From Bacteroidales bacterium (GTDB lineage: Bacteria > Bacteroidota > Bacteroidia > Bacteroidales > GCA-2748055), in the NCBI GenBank assembly GCA_040903745.1, contig JBBDUV010000063.1, positions 42,432 to 106,431 of the forward strand: a stretch of DNA of 64,000 bases, given 5' to 3'. Of the stretch, positions 1 to 11,482 are shown in pieces. How positions within the stretch are numbered: the stretch's first letter is position 1; every line of letters starts with the position of its first letter. The notes below the pieces were generated by a model that did no database searches, was not told where the DNA came from, and saw only the letters and a list, made by a program, of their open reading frames with translations. The translations under genes and the position numbers were made by a program.

Positions 1-3000
1 AACAATAAAGGTTACCGGGTCCTCTCCCAGCTCAATGGTTCCAGTAACAACCAGTCGTGCATTGCTCAATGTTGCCGGTGTTGTTACCTTGATGCGCTTG
101 TTGGACAAGATCTCATAATCCGCCTCAACCTCCTGTCCGCTTTCGTCAAAGACCTCAACTTTAATCTTCTCCGTTCTCAGATTATGGGTTACGAAGCGTC
201 CCGAGTTTTCTCTGAAATAGAGGTTGGTCTGCTCAAATATTTTTGTCCTGGTCCGTGTTTCTTCGGGTTTGGGAGCCGCTCTCCCCCTGGAACTCCTTCG
301 GTATTTATCGTTAATACTCTTCAGGTATCCCGATTTGTTGTAGAGGTTCACCAGGTTCATCTGGCCGTTCAGCTGAATGGTATAAGAGTTCTTAATGGTA
401 TTTCCCAGATTAATGGGTCCAAGATCCGGGTCGTCCGGAATAACCGGACCGGCATCCCAACCGTATGTTCCGTTGTAACGTCCGTTGAGGGTGGTCCAGT
501 CGAAGAAGGGAATCTTGTTGATCGGGAAGGTATAACTCAGGTTGAACTGGTGGTAGTAGCTGGTGGTTCTTCCCATGTCTCTTATATTTTGCCAGACAGA
601 ATCCCTGTAAGCCTCGAAGTAATCATTTTCACGATGATACCTCCCTTCCGGCTCATCGATCCGCGCAATATTTGAGGCTGAGAAATCAAACTTCAGGTTA
701 CGTGTCAGGTCAAATTTCAAATTATAATCCCTGTTCCAGTAAAAATCCTTCTTGAAGGTGGGTTGGACAATGAAGTCCGGATTGCTGATGTTCCTGATCT
801 GCTTCTCCATGTATTTCCGGTCCATATCTGTGCGGAAGGACAGCCTGGAGGGCAGATAATAAAAGTTGAAATCCTTGATCATTCTCAGCCATTTGTTATT
901 AAAAAAGGCGATCTTATTGAAAGGCTGAACGTTCTTTGGCCTTATGTTGTAATTGTAGCTGACATTGGCACGGATCCTTTCCGTATTATAATACTGCAAA
1001 TTGGGATTTAAGCTACTCATCTCATTCAAAGAGAAGCTGGTGGACCAGTTGGAGAGGGAGTAGAGTTTGGGCTGACCACCGCCCTGGGGATTGACACGCA
1101 TATTGGTAAGGGCAAATGACTTTCTCTCAACCAGATCCTGGGAATTTCTTTTTATGGAATCGCGTTCAGTATTATCACGTGCATTGTCGATGGCCTCCTT
1201 CAGGGGTATATCGGGATCGAGCGGGTTATACTCGGGATTTACAATGGATTTCGAATATCCAACATAGAGTGGAACGGAGACACCCGCCTCATCCTTAAGC
1301 ACCTTTCCCATTTCAAAGTTGGACGATACGTCATACTGCAGAATCTGTTCGCGCGACCGTTCATTCACCTTCTGCTCAATACTCCCAAATCCCGGGGTAC
1401 TGGCTGATCCTGCAAGGGTAACATTTCCGAAATCGGCCAATCGGGCAGAGGCCCGTCCAGTGGCTGCCCATCCTCCCTTTTCGTTAAAATCGGTAAGCCG
1501 CAGCTCATTCAGCCAGATCTCGCCCGATTTAGGCAGACCGTCGTCAATATTTGTATTGCTGCCCCGCCTGGGATTTCTCACTCCGATCAGGATGGTCCGG
1601 ACGCTGCTCAGGTTCGGGGTTCCTGATACAGATACCTTGTTGCCCTTTTCATCAAAGATAGAGTAGACTGAGGTGATGGTCATATTGCTATTGGGATCGG
1701 CCAAAGCCCTGTTTCTCTCCTGCTTAGCACGGGTAAACAATGAAAGGTCGATATCGAAACGGTTCTCCTCCGGCCACACGATTCTCCGGTCTGCCTCACT
1801 CTTGTTATTATATCTGTCATGTGGGGTGAGAACCAATGGAACCTCATACTCATAATAGTTGCTTTGGTAATCGGAGCCAATCCTGATAAAGGCACTCAGC
1901 TCCTTGTCCCTGAGATCACCATCAATCAGCGCCTCTGCATGAGCCTCCATTTTTATTCGCTTGTACTGCCGTATGTCCAGATCGGTATTTTTGTAGGCGG
2001 CCCGGGCATCTCCATCGCCCAGCTCCAGTACCTTTAGCACGATCGACTGTTCGTTCAGTTGCCTGAGCTGTGGCTGTGTCGGATCAATCTGCCGGTCGAA
2101 GCCGGGGGGGAGGGTATAATTTACCGGCTCCTTCCCTGCATTCTCCTCGATATTCACCGCCGAAATTGCCAGGGTTCCCTCGGGTGGCTCAATGCCTGTC
2201 CAGTCTTCGCCCCCTTGCAGGAACGGCTGGTTGTACCTTCTCCACTCTCCCCTGATCAGTTCAAGTTTTGCGAAGCGTAGAAAAACCGTATCCTGGAAAC
2301 CTGTAAGGAACATACGCATAAAACGGATGGTCTTAAAATCGGAGATGCCTCCTACAGTACGGGTGTAATCAAAGATGGGGACCCTGAATTGGTACCATGT
2401 TACTTCATCGCTGGTACCATTCTCATAGTCTACCTTGTGCGCAACTTTGTCGATGATATAATTCCGCCCCACTTCGAACTCGGAAGGGCTCATATCGATG
2501 CGGTACTCATAATAACTCTCCGTTTCGCTCAAGGTATTGTCGCGGTTAATGTCCTCAATATCGGGCAGGGTTGTACCCGTGGTGGGATATGATTCCGGAT
2601 TATCCAGATCACTTGGGGAGTTTCCTTCTGTGTTGTTGAAATCTTTGTAGCGGTCGATAATGCCCAACTCCTGCACATCATAGTCGCTGCCCCGGTAGTA
2701 ATGGTAATTATCGGAAGAGGGATCATCCAGCAGATTGTTATATGCCTCTTCTGTTAGCTGTCCCCCCGTGTAGAGATTTTCGATCCTCTGCAGGAAGTCG
2801 TCAGATTGAGACGAAAAAAAGTCCCTCTCATCCACGCTGGACAGCCCGTCCAGTCCCGCATCCTGGAATTTTCTGGCTGCAGGGTCGCTGCTAAACGCAT
2901 TAACCATTGCCTGTACCCTGGGGACACGCCCCCATACTGTGGTATCTACTTTGCTAACCACCTCGGATGATGGTAGTCCGTTTTCAAACATCTTGCGCGA

Positions 3001-6000
3001 ATCTTTCAGGATATCCTCCGACACATCGCCCAGGTTAAACACAAGCTCTCCCCCCGGACTTCCTTCCATTCCTGCATATGGATCCATTAGCCAGAATTCG
3101 ATAAACTCAACATTGGCTGCTTCAAAATCACTGGAGTAGATCGACCGCATCATCCCTCCCCAGCGTTGCCGTGGATCGAGAAGTCTTCCATTCGCATCGA
3201 TGCGGTCATAATCGTAATTATAGGGACCACGTTCACGGGGATAAAAGGCCAGGTTCAAAACGGGTACCCGGGTTGAAACACCGTAAGGATTTTCCTTTTC
3301 CGGAAATATGTCCTGTTCAAGTAGCTGGTAAACGTACGGACTGGAAAGATAATCAGGGTTTTCCCTGATATGCTGGGGGGAGCGGGATCCTCCTTCAATA
3401 AAAAGGGGATCGATCTGGAACCAGGCAAACTTGGCCCGGCCGTAGCCATACTCCCGGTTGTTGTGCAAATCGGCTTCCGGGAAAAAGCCACCCGGTGTAC
3501 TGGCCAGGTGCCAGGCTGAAAAATGCTTGAGGTCAATGGATGTTTCACTGCCCTCAAAATCGTCGATATAGGCATTTCCCTCCTTCTGAATGGCGCGGGA
3601 ATGTCCTGGAATAAGTTGCGCGAATTCACCTACAACAGTCAGCTGCGATGGTGCTTTTGTCTCAATTAAGGGCAGCTTATCGATAATGGTCGTCAAAAGC
3701 GGAGCCGGCCTGGAATAGGAGGTATTCATTCCCCAGATGGTGTTGGAGATGGGTTCATTTCCAATATTAACTTTTTGTGTATGGGGTCGTTCCGACAAAT
3801 GGAGAACGGTGGCCCCGACATTAAAGTTGTCTGAGATGGTATAATCGAAATGTGATCCCACCATGGATTTTGTCTGAAAGTTAAAGAGCGACTGGTTCTC
3901 CAGGGAGATTTTTACCGGGGTGCCCGATTCGAGGATTCCCTGGTTAATAATGGTAACGCGTCCAAGGGTATAATCCACTGTATAATCCTGTCCCTCGGTC
4001 AGCTCCCTTCCACCTGCAGTAACCTTTACCGATCCCTCGGGAACATTCATGGCGTTCAGCATGATCTCCGAACTTGAGCTGGAGGAGTATGTTCCTGTAA
4101 GGATAAATTTATTCTTCTCCGCGATCTGTTGTGCCTTGGTCTTTGTGCTATCGTACAGCTCTTTAAAAACATATTTCCCCGCGGCGATATCTGCAGCTTC
4201 AGCAGACAGGCTGTCGCGCAAAATCTTTTCCAGGTCGGAACCAAACGGCTCGAGCAACGGAAAGATTATCCTGCCATTCCCCGGCAGGATCGTAATGCCT
4301 CTGAGGAAATCGAAAACACCATCTGGATAGGGATCACGCTGGGAGTTCATATTATCAAGATTCATCAACGTAAGCAGCGTTGTCTTATTAAGTTCTCCTT
4401 CGGGCAGGTAGTTGATATTGTTACCGGTTTTGTCGTCGCGATACATCACATCAAGTGTAAACTCCTCCTCCTGGACCTGGAATGCACCGATGGCATAAAC
4501 GTTTTTCATCATCAGGTCCCATGTATAGCTTTTCGGTGCAAAATTCGAGGGCTTCAATAATTTCAGGAAAAGGGTCCGGGGAGCGCTTATCCCTGATGAG
4601 CCTGACAGCTCTCCCACCTGGTATGTTTGTCCGCGGTAGGTATATTCATAGGCAACAGCCAGAACCTCATCGGTATTCAATGCAGAATTCAGCGAAATAA
4701 AACCAAGCTTATCATTAAAATCATATTCACGGGTGGAGAGCATCCTCGCATTTTCAATTTTCTCATAATCTGCACCCAGCTTTAGTCCCGCCGCGCCAAG
4801 CACCCCTGTTGCATTTTTTATATCCCGGATAGCTTCATAGGTGGTTGTCAACTCTTCATAGGCAGAGTTAAGTCCATTTCTGGGAAAATTATTTCCGGGG
4901 CCCGCGGAAACGGTAAATTGTCCGCTGTAAGACACCGCCTCCCCCAGATCGGTCAGGGCAACAATATTTCTTGCCTGCTCAAAATTTGTCGTCTTGTTGG
5001 TTACCCATACTTCGATCTTGTTGATGGTAACGTCGGATGTAATTACCGGCAGCCGTTTCATGGCATCGACATAGGTATCACGGAAGTAATCCGAGAGAAA
5101 GAAGTGTTTGTTCACATCATAATCGTCTCCTGTAACAGCAAACTCGCTGGTCTGGGCTCCGCCGGAGGCTTCAATGACTTGTGACTCGCCTCTCTGCTGT
5201 GAGAAAACACTGGTAACACGCAGCTTACCGAACTGCATCTCTGTTTTAAGTCCGAAAAGGCTCATGCTTCCATTGATCAGCGATCCGGGCAGTGGCAGGC
5301 TCACATTCCCCGCCTCTATCTTCTTGAGGATCTCATCCTCATCCCCCGCATATTCCAGCTTTGTTTTCTGATCAAAATCAAAAGTTGCCTCTGTATTGTA
5401 GCTGAAATCCATGTTCAGTTTATCTCCGATTGACCCGGAAACATTCATAATAATTTTTTCATCAAACTGGAAGGAGGGTTGTCGTTGGAGGCGCTCGGAG
5501 ATATTCGGGTTTTCTATAATAGAATAGTTGAATCCAAAGATCAGCTCTGCGCTTCCGCTCGGAACGATATTTATGACGTTGGACCCAAATACCTTATCGA
5601 ATGCCTCCCCCCCCAGGCTGATGGATGGAATAAAAGAGGGCTGATCGACCACTCCTCCTCCCGACTTGAGTTTCCAGTAGTCCTGTACATCCTTGTTAAA
5701 CTGGTATTGTCTGAAGTCATCGGACGACATAACTGTCGGAGTTCTGTAATTCCAGGAACCGATTCTCTCCCTGAAAACATAGCTGTTGGTTTCAGGGTCA
5801 TATTCGATTTGGGCATTGATGTTTGAAGGATTGTTCAGGTAGAGTGGTGAAGAATTTGAGTGAGAAAACGGGTAATTATCCTGCTGTCGGATAGGAAAAG
5901 GAAGCGTTGTGTCGGGTTGTGAAAACAGCGAAGCAGCAAGCTCCGCATTGGATCCACTCATCGCTGCGGTCCTGGAATGGACCATGCCTGTAGCAAGCAA

Positions 6001-6042
6001 AAACAGCAAAAACAGAACTATATGATCAGGCCTTGGCTTCAA
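1..6042 (-). CDS. sprA: T9SS translocon / gliding motility protein SprA (N-terminal ~2014 aa; C-terminus beyond window start)
   Basis: The minus-strand frame (codon starts at positions divisible by 3) is open from 6063 to 1. It is missing from the ORF track only because it runs off the edge. My translation gives a signal peptide (KPRPDHIVLFLLFLLATGMVHS) followed by SprA-like sequence: ...DDFRQYQFNKDVQDYWKLKSGG..., ...FDFDQKTKLEYAGDEDEILKKIEAGNVSLPLPGSLI..., ...FGKLRVTSVFSQQRGESQ.... The likely start is TTG at 6042, because no ATG precedes the signal peptide. The ruvA-sprA adjacency is common in Bacteroidota. Confidence 0.85.
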   Translation of the reverse strand, partial: MKPRPDHIVLFLLFLLATGMVHSRTAAMSGSNAELAASLFSQPDTTLPFPIRQQDNYPFSHSNSSPLYLNNPSNINAQIEYDPETNSYVFRERIGSWNYRTPTVMSSDDFRQYQFNKDVQDYWKLKSGGGVVDQPSFIPSISLGGEAFDKVFGSNVINIVPSGSAELIFGFNYSIIENPNISERLQRQPSFQFDEKIIMNVSGSIGDKLNMDFSYNTEATFDFDQKTKLEYAGDEDEILKKIEAGNVSLPLPGSLINGSMSLFGLKTEMQFGKLRVTSVFSQQRGESQVIEASGGAQTSEFAVTGDDYDVNKHFFLSDYFRDTYVDAMKRLPVITSDVTINKIEVWVTNKTTNFEQARNIVALTDLGEAVSYSGQFTVSAGPGNNFPRNGLNSAYEELTTTYEAIRDIKNATGVLGAAGLKLGADYEKIENARMLSTREYDFNDKLGFISLNSALNTDEVLAVAYEYTYRGQTYQVGELSGSSGISAPRTLFLKLLKPSNFAPKSYTWDLMMKNVYAIGAFQVQEEEFTLDVMYRDDKTGNNINYLPEGELNKTTLLTLMNLDNMNSQRDPYPDGVFDFLRGITILPGNGRIIFPLLEPFGSDLEKILRDSLSAEAADIAAGKYVFKELYDSTKTKAQQIAEKNKFILTGTYSSSSSSEIMLNAMNVPEGSVKVTAGGRELTEGQDYTVDYTLGRVTIINQGILESGTPVKISLENQSLFNFQTKSMVGSHFDYTISDNFNVGATVLHLSERPHTQKVNIGNEPISNTIWGMNTSYSRPAPLLTTIIDKLPLIETKAPSQLTVVGEFAQLIPGHSRAIQKEGNAYIDDFEGSETSIDLKHFSAWHLASTPGGFFPEADLHNNREYGYGRAKFAWFQIDPLFIEGGSRSPQHIRENPDYLSSPYVYQLLEQDIFPEKENPYGVSTRVPVLNLAFYPRERGPYNYDYDRIDANGRLLDPRQRWGGMMRSIYSSDFEAANVEFIEFWLMDPYAGMEGSPGGELVFNLGDVSEDILKDSRKMFENGLPSSEVVSKVDTTVWGRVPRVQAMVNAFSSDPAARKFQDAGLDGLSSVDERDFFSSQSDDFLQRIENLYTGGQLTEEAYNNLLDDPSSDNYHYYRGSDYDVQELGIIDRYKDFNNTEGNSPSDLDNPESYPTTGTTLPDIEDINRDNTLSETESYYEYRIDMSPSEFEVGRNYIIDKVAHKVDYENGTSDEVTWYQFRVPIFDYTRTVGGISDFKTIRFMRMFLTGFQDTVFLRFAKLELIRGEWRRYNQPFLQGGEDWTGIEPPEGTLAISAVNIEENAGKEPVNYTLPPGFDRQIDPTQPQLRQLNEQSIVLKVLELGDGDARAAYKNTDLDIRQYKRIKMEAHAEALIDGDLRDKELSAFIRIGSDYQSNYYEYEVPLVLTPHDRYNNKSEADRRIVWPEENRFDIDLSLFTRAKQERNRALADPNSNMTITSVYSIFDEKGNKVSVSGTPNLSSVRTILIGVRNPRRGSNTNIDDGLPKSGEIWLNELRLTDFNEKGGWAATGRASARLADFGNVTLAGSASTPGFGSIEQKVNERSREQILQYDVSSNFEMGKVLKDEAGVSVPLYVGYSKSIVNPEYNPLDPDIPLKEAIDNARDNTERDSIKRNSQDLVERKSFALTNMRVNPQGGGQPKLYSLSNWSTSFSLNEMSSLNPNLQYYNTERIRANVSYNYNIRPKNVQPFNKIAFFNNKWLRMIKDFNFYYLPSRLSFRTDMDRKYMEKQIRNISNPDFIVQPTFKKDFYWNRDYNLKFDLTRNLKFDFSASNIARIDEPEGRYHRENDYFEAYRDSVWQNIRDMGRTTSYYHQFNLSYTFPINKIPFFDWTTLNGRYNGTYGWDAGPVIPDDPDLGPINLGNTIKNSYTIQLNGQMNLVNLYNKSGYLKSINDKYRRSSRGRAAPKPEETRTRTKIFEQTNLYFRENSGRFVTHNLRTEKIKVEVFDESGQEVEADYEILSNKRIKVTTPATLSNARLVVTGTIELGEDPVTFIV

Positions 6043-6063
6043 TAGTTCGCAGCAGTTCAGGTT

Positions 6064-6642
6064 TTACATTAATTTCAGGGCTGCCTTAACAACTTCCTCA
6101 ACATCCATAGCTTCGCCGGTCATAATCCTGTCAAGACTCTTTTCAACAGCCTTTCGGGGGAAACCGAGTGCCACTAAAGCTGATAACGCTTCTTCTTTAA
6201 CAGTATTGTCCTGGGGTTGGAATAATTCATCCGTTTCAACGGCTTTCCCGACTTTGTCACGCAGGTCGACAATAATCCGCTGGGCCGATTTTGCGCCGAT
6301 TCCTTTAATATTCTGAAGAGCGGCCACATTGCCGTTTAGAATGGATTGTCTGACCTCATCGGACGACATGGAAGAGAGGATAAGACGTGCCGTGTTGGCG
6401 CCTACCCCCGAAACGGAGATGAGCATTCTAAAAATCTCCCGTTCCTTCTTATCGGCAAATCCGTAGAGCAACTGTGCATCCTCCCTCACCACGTGGTGTA
6501 GAAAGATCCTGACAGATTCGCTGTTGCCGATTTTTGAATAGGTGTTAACAGAAATATGCACCATGAATGCTACCTGCCCTGCTTTTATGACCAGTTGTGC
6601 CGGGGATTTTTCTACAACTTCACCTTCTATAAACTCATACAT
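6064..6642 (-). CDS. ruvA: Holliday junction DNA helicase subunit RuvA
   Basis: The internal Met 'MYEFIEGEVVEKSPAQLVIKAGQVAF...' gives the canonical 192-aa RuvA (OB fold, HhH 'GIGAKSAQRII', C-terminal domain III). The 48-aa extension in the ORF track would overlap infB and is rejected. Confidence 0.9.
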   Translation of the reverse strand: MYEFIEGEVVEKSPAQLVIKAGQVAFMVHISVNTYSKIGNSESVRIFLHHVVREDAQLLYGFADKKEREIFRMLISVSGVGANTARLILSSMSSDEVRQSILNGNVAALQNIKGIGAKSAQRIIVDLRDKVGKAVETDELFQPQDNTVKEEALSALVALGFPRKAVEKSLDRIMTGEAMDVEEVVKAALKLM

Positions 6643-6709
6643 AATTTCTCTTCTTGAATTGGCTAAGATACATAAAAGAAGGTAGAGATTACGATCCAGG
6701 CAAAGGTCG

Positions 6710-9655
6710 TTACAGTGTCTTTTTAACCTCCGTTTCATCGTATGCCTCAACAACATCACCCACCTTAATGTCGTTGAAGTTGGCAATGTTCAGGCCACAT
6801 TCAAGACCGCTGACCACCTCTTTTGCGTCGTCCTTAAACCGCTTCAGAGAACCAAGTTCACCTGTATAAACCACGATACCATCGCGGATAAGTCGGATTC
6901 TGGAGTTTCTCCTGATCTTGCCTTCCCTTACAATGCAACCTGCAACTGTACCTACTTTAGTAATCTTGAAAGCTTCAATCACCTCCAGTGTGGCAGTTAT
7001 CTCCTCCTTGATCTCCGGGGAAAGCATACCCTCCATCGCCGCTCTTATCTGCTCTATCGCATCGTAGATAATCGAGTAGAGCCTGATGTCAATCTGTTCT
7101 TTTTCGGCCAGTTTTCGTGCACTGAGAGAGGGTCTTACCTGGAATCCAATCACAATGGCATTGGATGCGGCTGCCAGTAGTATATCAGATTCGGATATCT
7201 GTCCAACTGCCTTGTGCTTAATATTGACCTGGATTTCATTTGTACTGAGCTTCATCAGCGAATCGGAAAGTGCCTCAATGGAGCCATCCACATCACCTTT
7301 CACAATTACATTCAACTCCTGGAAATTACCGATAGCAATTCTACGACCGATTTCATCCAGGGTAATATGCTTCTTCGTTCGCAGATCCTGTTCGCGCTGG
7401 AGTTGCTCACGTTTGTTGGCAATATCTTTCGCCTCCTTATCGCTGCCCATCACATTGAAACGGTCGCCCGCCTGTGGCGAACCATTCAGTCCAAGGATCA
7501 TTACCGGGGCAGCTGGACCAGCCTTTTCAATTTTATGTCCCCGTTCGTTGAACATGGCTTTCACATGACCGTAATACTGTCCGGCAATAACAACATCACC
7601 GATATTCAGTGTTCCTGCCTCCACAAGCATTGTGGCCACATTGCCACGGCCTTTATCCAGGGTCGATTCAATGATCGTTCCAACAGCCCTCCTGTTTGGA
7701 TTGGCTTTCAGATCAAGCAGTTCCGCTTCAAGCAACACCTTCTCGAGCAACTCATCAATATTAATACCATTGAGTGCAGAGATCTCCTGCGACTGGTATT
7801 TGCCCCCCCAGTCCTCCACCATGTAATTCATGTTGGCAAGCTCTTCCTTGATCTTCTCAGGATTTGCTGTGGGACGGTCGATTTTGTTAATCGCAAACAC
7901 AATCGGCACTCCTGCCGCTGCAGCGTGGTTGATCGCCTCTACCGTTTGTGGCTTCACACCATCGTCGGCCGCAACCACGATAATGGCCACATCGGTAATT
8001 TGGGCACCACGGGCCCGCATTGCGGTAAAGGCCTCATGACCAGGCGTGTCCAGAAACGTTATCTTTTTGTTTTTATCCAGCTCTACACCGTAAGCACCGA
8101 TATGCTGGGTAATCCCACCGGCTTCACCGGCAACCACATTCGCGCTCCGGACATAGTCAAGCAATTTGGTCTTTCCATGGTCAACATGACCCATTACTGT
8201 TACAATAGGTGGTCTGAACTCCAATGATCCCTCATCATCTACCTCCTCTGCAATTACATCCAATACATCTGCGCTAATGAACTCCATAGAAAACCCAAAC
8301 TCATCTGCAACGAGGGCCATGGTTTCAGCATCGAGTCGCTGATTGATAGAAACAAACAGGCCGAGATTCATGCAGGTCTGGATCACCTCTGTCGGTGTGA
8401 CATCCATCATGGATGCGAGCTCACTGACAGACACAAACTCTGTCACCTTCAATATCTTGCGATCGAGTTCATGCTGCTCCTCCTCATCCATCAAACGCTG
8501 ATGAACGGTGTCGCGCTTTTCTCTCCTGTATTTTGATGTTTTTGTTTTACTTCCCTTGGTAGTAAGCTTAGCCAGTGTGTCTTTGATCTGCTTTTGTACA
8601 TCTTCATCGCTTACCTCCGGACGTACAGGGCGTTTCTTTCTTTTACCACCCGATTTTGAATCTCTTCTTCCACCAGCTTTCTCCTTGTCTCCCAGATCCA
8701 CCCGTGATGTATCTTTCCTGATCCGTTTCCGTTTTTTTCGTATATCAGATTCAGAATCTGAACTTGATGCAACCGGCTTTTTCTTTTTCGGCTGTCTTCT
8801 TTCGGGCAGGTCAATTTTTCCAACAACACTCAATCCTTTCAGTTTTTCGAAATGGGTAGGTATGAGATCTTCTTCTTTTATCTCTTTCTCCTTCTCTTGC
8901 GGTTCAGTGCTTGATTCTGGATCTTCGATCCCTGATTGCCCGGGCGCCTGATCCTCAACCTCTGAAATATCCGGCTCAGTTTTCTTTTCCTTTTCCGGTT
9001 CAGTAGCTTCAACATTCGACCTTCTCCGGTCCTCCTTCTCTTCTTCCCTTTCCTTTTTAGATTTTTTCTTCGGACGGGTTTTCTGGTTCATTGAATCAAG
9101 ATCAATTTTCCCAATGACCCTGGGGCCATTTGAATCTGCATCTTGTTCTGAGGAAATGTTTTCATCCTCTGCTTCCTCAGGTCTTTTCGGATCGGGTTGC
9201 TTCTCTTTATTCTCAACCTTTTCTGTTTCCTTTTTCTCTTCAGAAGCCTTTGCAGATGGTTGTTCTTGTGACGTCTCTTTCACCTCCTCCGGCTTCGTCT
9301 CATGCGCCGGTTTCCTGGCTTCTTGCTTCGATTCTTCCTTTTTGGAAGTGGTCTTATCAGTGATCAAGAGTTCAGGTTCATCAGCAGATGTATCCTTCTC
9401 AGCCTCTGGTGCAGACTCCTCTATCACGGACTGTTCCCTCATGGATCTCAGCGTAAGCTTCTCTGCATCCTTCCTGACATTTAAATCTGTACTGTATTCA
9501 CCAACCAGCAAGTCATATAGCTCTGAGTCCAGCTTGGTATTGGGATTAGAATCAACATTATGGCCTTTCTTTTTCAGAAATTCCACAATGGTAGAGATCC
9601 CAACATTGAACTCACGGGCTGCCTTGCTTAACCTTGTCGCCTTTTTTTCTGCCAT
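6710..9655 (-). CDS. infB: Translation initiation factor IF-2
   Basis: 981 aa. The N-terminal region is K/E-rich and low-complexity. The GTPase motifs [13 protein letters not shown] and NKID are present, followed by the C-terminal IF2 domains. Confidence 0.95.
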   Translation of the reverse strand: MAEKKATRLSKAAREFNVGISTIVEFLKKKGHNVDSNPNTKLDSELYDLLVGEYSTDLNVRKDAEKLTLRSMREQSVIEESAPEAEKDTSADEPELLITDKTTSKKEESKQEARKPAHETKPEEVKETSQEQPSAKASEEKKETEKVENKEKQPDPKRPEEAEDENISSEQDADSNGPRVIGKIDLDSMNQKTRPKKKSKKEREEEKEDRRRSNVEATEPEKEKKTEPDISEVEDQAPGQSGIEDPESSTEPQEKEKEIKEEDLIPTHFEKLKGLSVVGKIDLPERRQPKKKKPVASSSDSESDIRKKRKRIRKDTSRVDLGDKEKAGGRRDSKSGGKRKKRPVRPEVSDEDVQKQIKDTLAKLTTKGSKTKTSKYRREKRDTVHQRLMDEEEQHELDRKILKVTEFVSVSELASMMDVTPTEVIQTCMNLGLFVSINQRLDAETMALVADEFGFSMEFISADVLDVIAEEVDDEGSLEFRPPIVTVMGHVDHGKTKLLDYVRSANVVAGEAGGITQHIGAYGVELDKNKKITFLDTPGHEAFTAMRARGAQITDVAIIVVAADDGVKPQTVEAINHAAAAGVPIVFAINKIDRPTANPEKIKEELANMNYMVEDWGGKYQSQEISALNGINIDELLEKVLLEAELLDLKANPNRRAVGTIIESTLDKGRGNVATMLVEAGTLNIGDVVIAGQYYGHVKAMFNERGHKIEKAGPAAPVMILGLNGSPQAGDRFNVMGSDKEAKDIANKREQLQREQDLRTKKHITLDEIGRRIAIGNFQELNVIVKGDVDGSIEALSDSLMKLSTNEIQVNIKHKAVGQISESDILLAAASNAIVIGFQVRPSLSARKLAEKEQIDIRLYSIIYDAIEQIRAAMEGMLSPEIKEEITATLEVIEAFKITKVGTVAGCIVREGKIRRNSRIRLIRDGIVVYTGELGSLKRFKDDAKEVVSGLECGLNIANFNDIKVGDVVEAYDETEVKKTL

Positions 9656-9697
9656 AAACGATTTTCTTATTTACAACAACTTAATAACAAGCTGCTC

Positions 9698-10936
9698 CTA
9701 TTCAAATTCTTCATTCAGCACCTTCATCACCTCCCGAATGGTCTCCTCCTCAAGGTCTGTCCGTTTTACCAGATCGTCAACTGTAAGATTCAACACTGAC
9801 TTGGCTGTATCGCACCCTATTGACTTCAGTTCATCCAGTACCCAACTTTCAATTTCGTCGGCAAATTCTTCGAGGTTTACATCCTCATCATCATCTTCAT
9901 TCATTTCCCGGTATACATCGATCTCATATCCTGAGAGCTGACTAGCCAGTTTGATATTGAGCCCCCCTTTGCCAATAGCCAGAGATACCTCCTTCGGCTG
10001 CAGATAAACCTCTGCCTTCTTCTCTTCATCATTCAGTTTGATAGAGGTGATCTTTGCCGGACTCAAGGCCCTGGAGATAAACAGATTCATGTTATTGGTG
10101 AAATTAATCACATCAATATTCTCATTTCTCAACTCCCTTACTATACCATGAATTCTTGACCCCTTCATTCCCACACATGCACCCACGGGATCAATCCGCT
10201 CATCGTACGACTCCACCGCAACTTTGGCGCGCTCCCCAGGTACCCTTACAATCTTCTTGATGGTAATCAATCCATCGAAAATCTCGGGCACCTCAAGTTC
10301 AAACAATCGCTCAAGAAACATTGGGGAGGTCCTTGATAAAATGATCAACGGATTGGAATTCCTCATCTCAACCGCGATTACAACTGCCCTTAAGGTATCC
10401 CCCTTCCTAAAAAAATCTGATGGAATCTGCTCCGCTTTGGGCAGGATAAGTTCGTTGCCTTCATCGTCCAGGACCAGGATTTCCCGCTTCCATATCTGGT
10501 ACACTTCACCGGTTACGATCTCCCCTGTTCGATCCTTATACTTCATATAAACTGAACTCTTCTCCAGTTCAAGAATCCGGGCAGAAAGATTCTGCCGCAG
10601 GGATAAAATGGCCCTTCGTCCAAAATCCATCATCTTTACCTCATCGGAAACCTCCTCTCCTACTTCATAATCCTCATCAATCATCTTTGCCTGGGCCAAG
10701 CTGATCTGGAAATTCGGATCTTCAACCTCCCCATCTTCCACCACTTCGCGGTTTCTCCATATTTCAAAATCGCCCTTATCAATGTTTATGATAATATCGA
10801 AATTCTCATCAGACCCGTAGTTTTTCTGTAGCAAACTCCTGAAAACATCTTCCAGAACACTCATCATGGTTACACGGTCAATGTTCTTTAGCTCCTTGAA
10901 TTCCGAAAACGTATCAAATAAATTAAGATTTTCCAT
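9698..10936 (-). CDS. nusA: Transcription termination/antitermination factor NusA
   Basis: 412 aa with NusA N-terminal, S1 and two KH regions ('GACVGMKGSRI', 'AIGKGGLNIKLASQL'). It sits in the conserved rimP-nusA-infB order. Confidence 0.95.
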   Translation of the reverse strand: MENLNLFDTFSEFKELKNIDRVTMMSVLEDVFRSLLQKNYGSDENFDIIINIDKGDFEIWRNREVVEDGEVEDPNFQISLAQAKMIDEDYEVGEEVSDEVKMMDFGRRAILSLRQNLSARILELEKSSVYMKYKDRTGEIVTGEVYQIWKREILVLDDEGNELILPKAEQIPSDFFRKGDTLRAVVIAVEMRNSNPLIILSRTSPMFLERLFELEVPEIFDGLITIKKIVRVPGERAKVAVESYDERIDPVGACVGMKGSRIHGIVRELRNENIDVINFTNNMNLFISRALSPAKITSIKLNDEEKKAEVYLQPKEVSLAIGKGGLNIKLASQLSGYEIDVYREMNEDDDEDVNLEEFADEIESWVLDELKSIGCDTAKSVLNLTVDDLVKRTDLEEETIREVMKVLNEEFE

Positions 10937-10953
10937 TTTATACCATCAATACT

Positions 10954-11421
10954 TTAAAATTCTATAACAACTTTAGTTGATTTAATATCACTGTGAGCAA
11001 ATGACTTGCTTACAACTACATTTTTCTTTCTCTTCTGGCTGCCACCAGCAACCATTTTTTCGGTGACCTCCATCGTAATTCTATCCTCCTCAACACCTGT
11101 CAGCCTACCCCTCTTCTTCTTCCCATCTTTAAAAATAACCTCTACATCACGACCAACATTCTTAAGATATTGTTGCTTCAAAACCAGGGGAGTACCCAGT
11201 CCGGGAGATGATACCTCCAGGCTAAAGCGCTCATCGATCTGCTCCAGATCCCCGGTAAGCCAACGGGACAATTCCGCACATTCACTGATCTTCACCCCTT
11301 CCATAGAATCGACCAGAACGCGAAAATCATTCGACTTTCCCGAAATGACATCCACAAGGAAGAGATCAGAACCTTCTATCCTCTTGTTTACCAATTCTAT
11401 AATTTCACTCTCCTGAATCAT
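10954..11421 (-). CDS. rimP: Ribosome maturation factor RimP
   Basis: 155 aa, located immediately upstream of nusA. It contains the 'LEVSSPGL' RimP signature. Confidence 0.85.
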   Translation of the reverse strand: MIQESEIIELVNKRIEGSDLFLVDVISGKSNDFRVLVDSMEGVKISECAELSRWLTGDLEQIDERFSLEVSSPGLGTPLVLKQQYLKNVGRDVEVIFKDGKKKRGRLTGVEEDRITMEVTEKMVAGGSQKRKKNVVVSKSFAHSDIKSTKVVIEF

Positions 11422-11433
11422 ATTGTCAATAAA

Positions 11434-11455
11434 ATAGGGGACAAATGTCCCCTAT
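11434..11455 (-). promoter_or_regulatory. Terminator-like leader hairpin in front of rimP (possible attenuator)
   Basis: The minus strand reads AUAGGGGAC-AUUU-GUCCCCUAU followed by UUUAUU, ending 12 nt before the rimP ATG. This is a perfect 9-bp stem. No upstream minus-strand gene exists for it to terminate. A candidate -7 box TACCTTTG lies at 11490-11483. Confidence 0.4.
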
Positions 11456-11482
11456 AAATTCTACCTCGTATCAAACAACACG

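Noticed and set aside
6643-6786. N-terminal extensions in the ORF track for ruvA. Similar extensions occur for thiL (17356-17475), vapB (26773-26793), the hydrolase (26944-27039), the HD gene (11577-11597), the aminotransferase (59828-59869) and the receptor fusion (45760-45828).
   Set aside because: The extensions have no family similarity, overlap neighbouring genes or promoter boxes, or precede obvious signal peptides or canonical N-termini. Internal ATG starts fit better.
7214-8227. A 337-aa plus-strand ORF antisense to infB. Similar long antisense ORFs lie at 9114-9941, 19370-20023, 21416-22027, 24223-24933 and 49188-49958.
   Set aside because: Each lies fully inside a strongly supported conserved gene on the opposite strand. 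Their translations are low-complexity or Ser/Leu/Arg-rich with no recognisable motifs, which is typical of stop-poor antisense frames.
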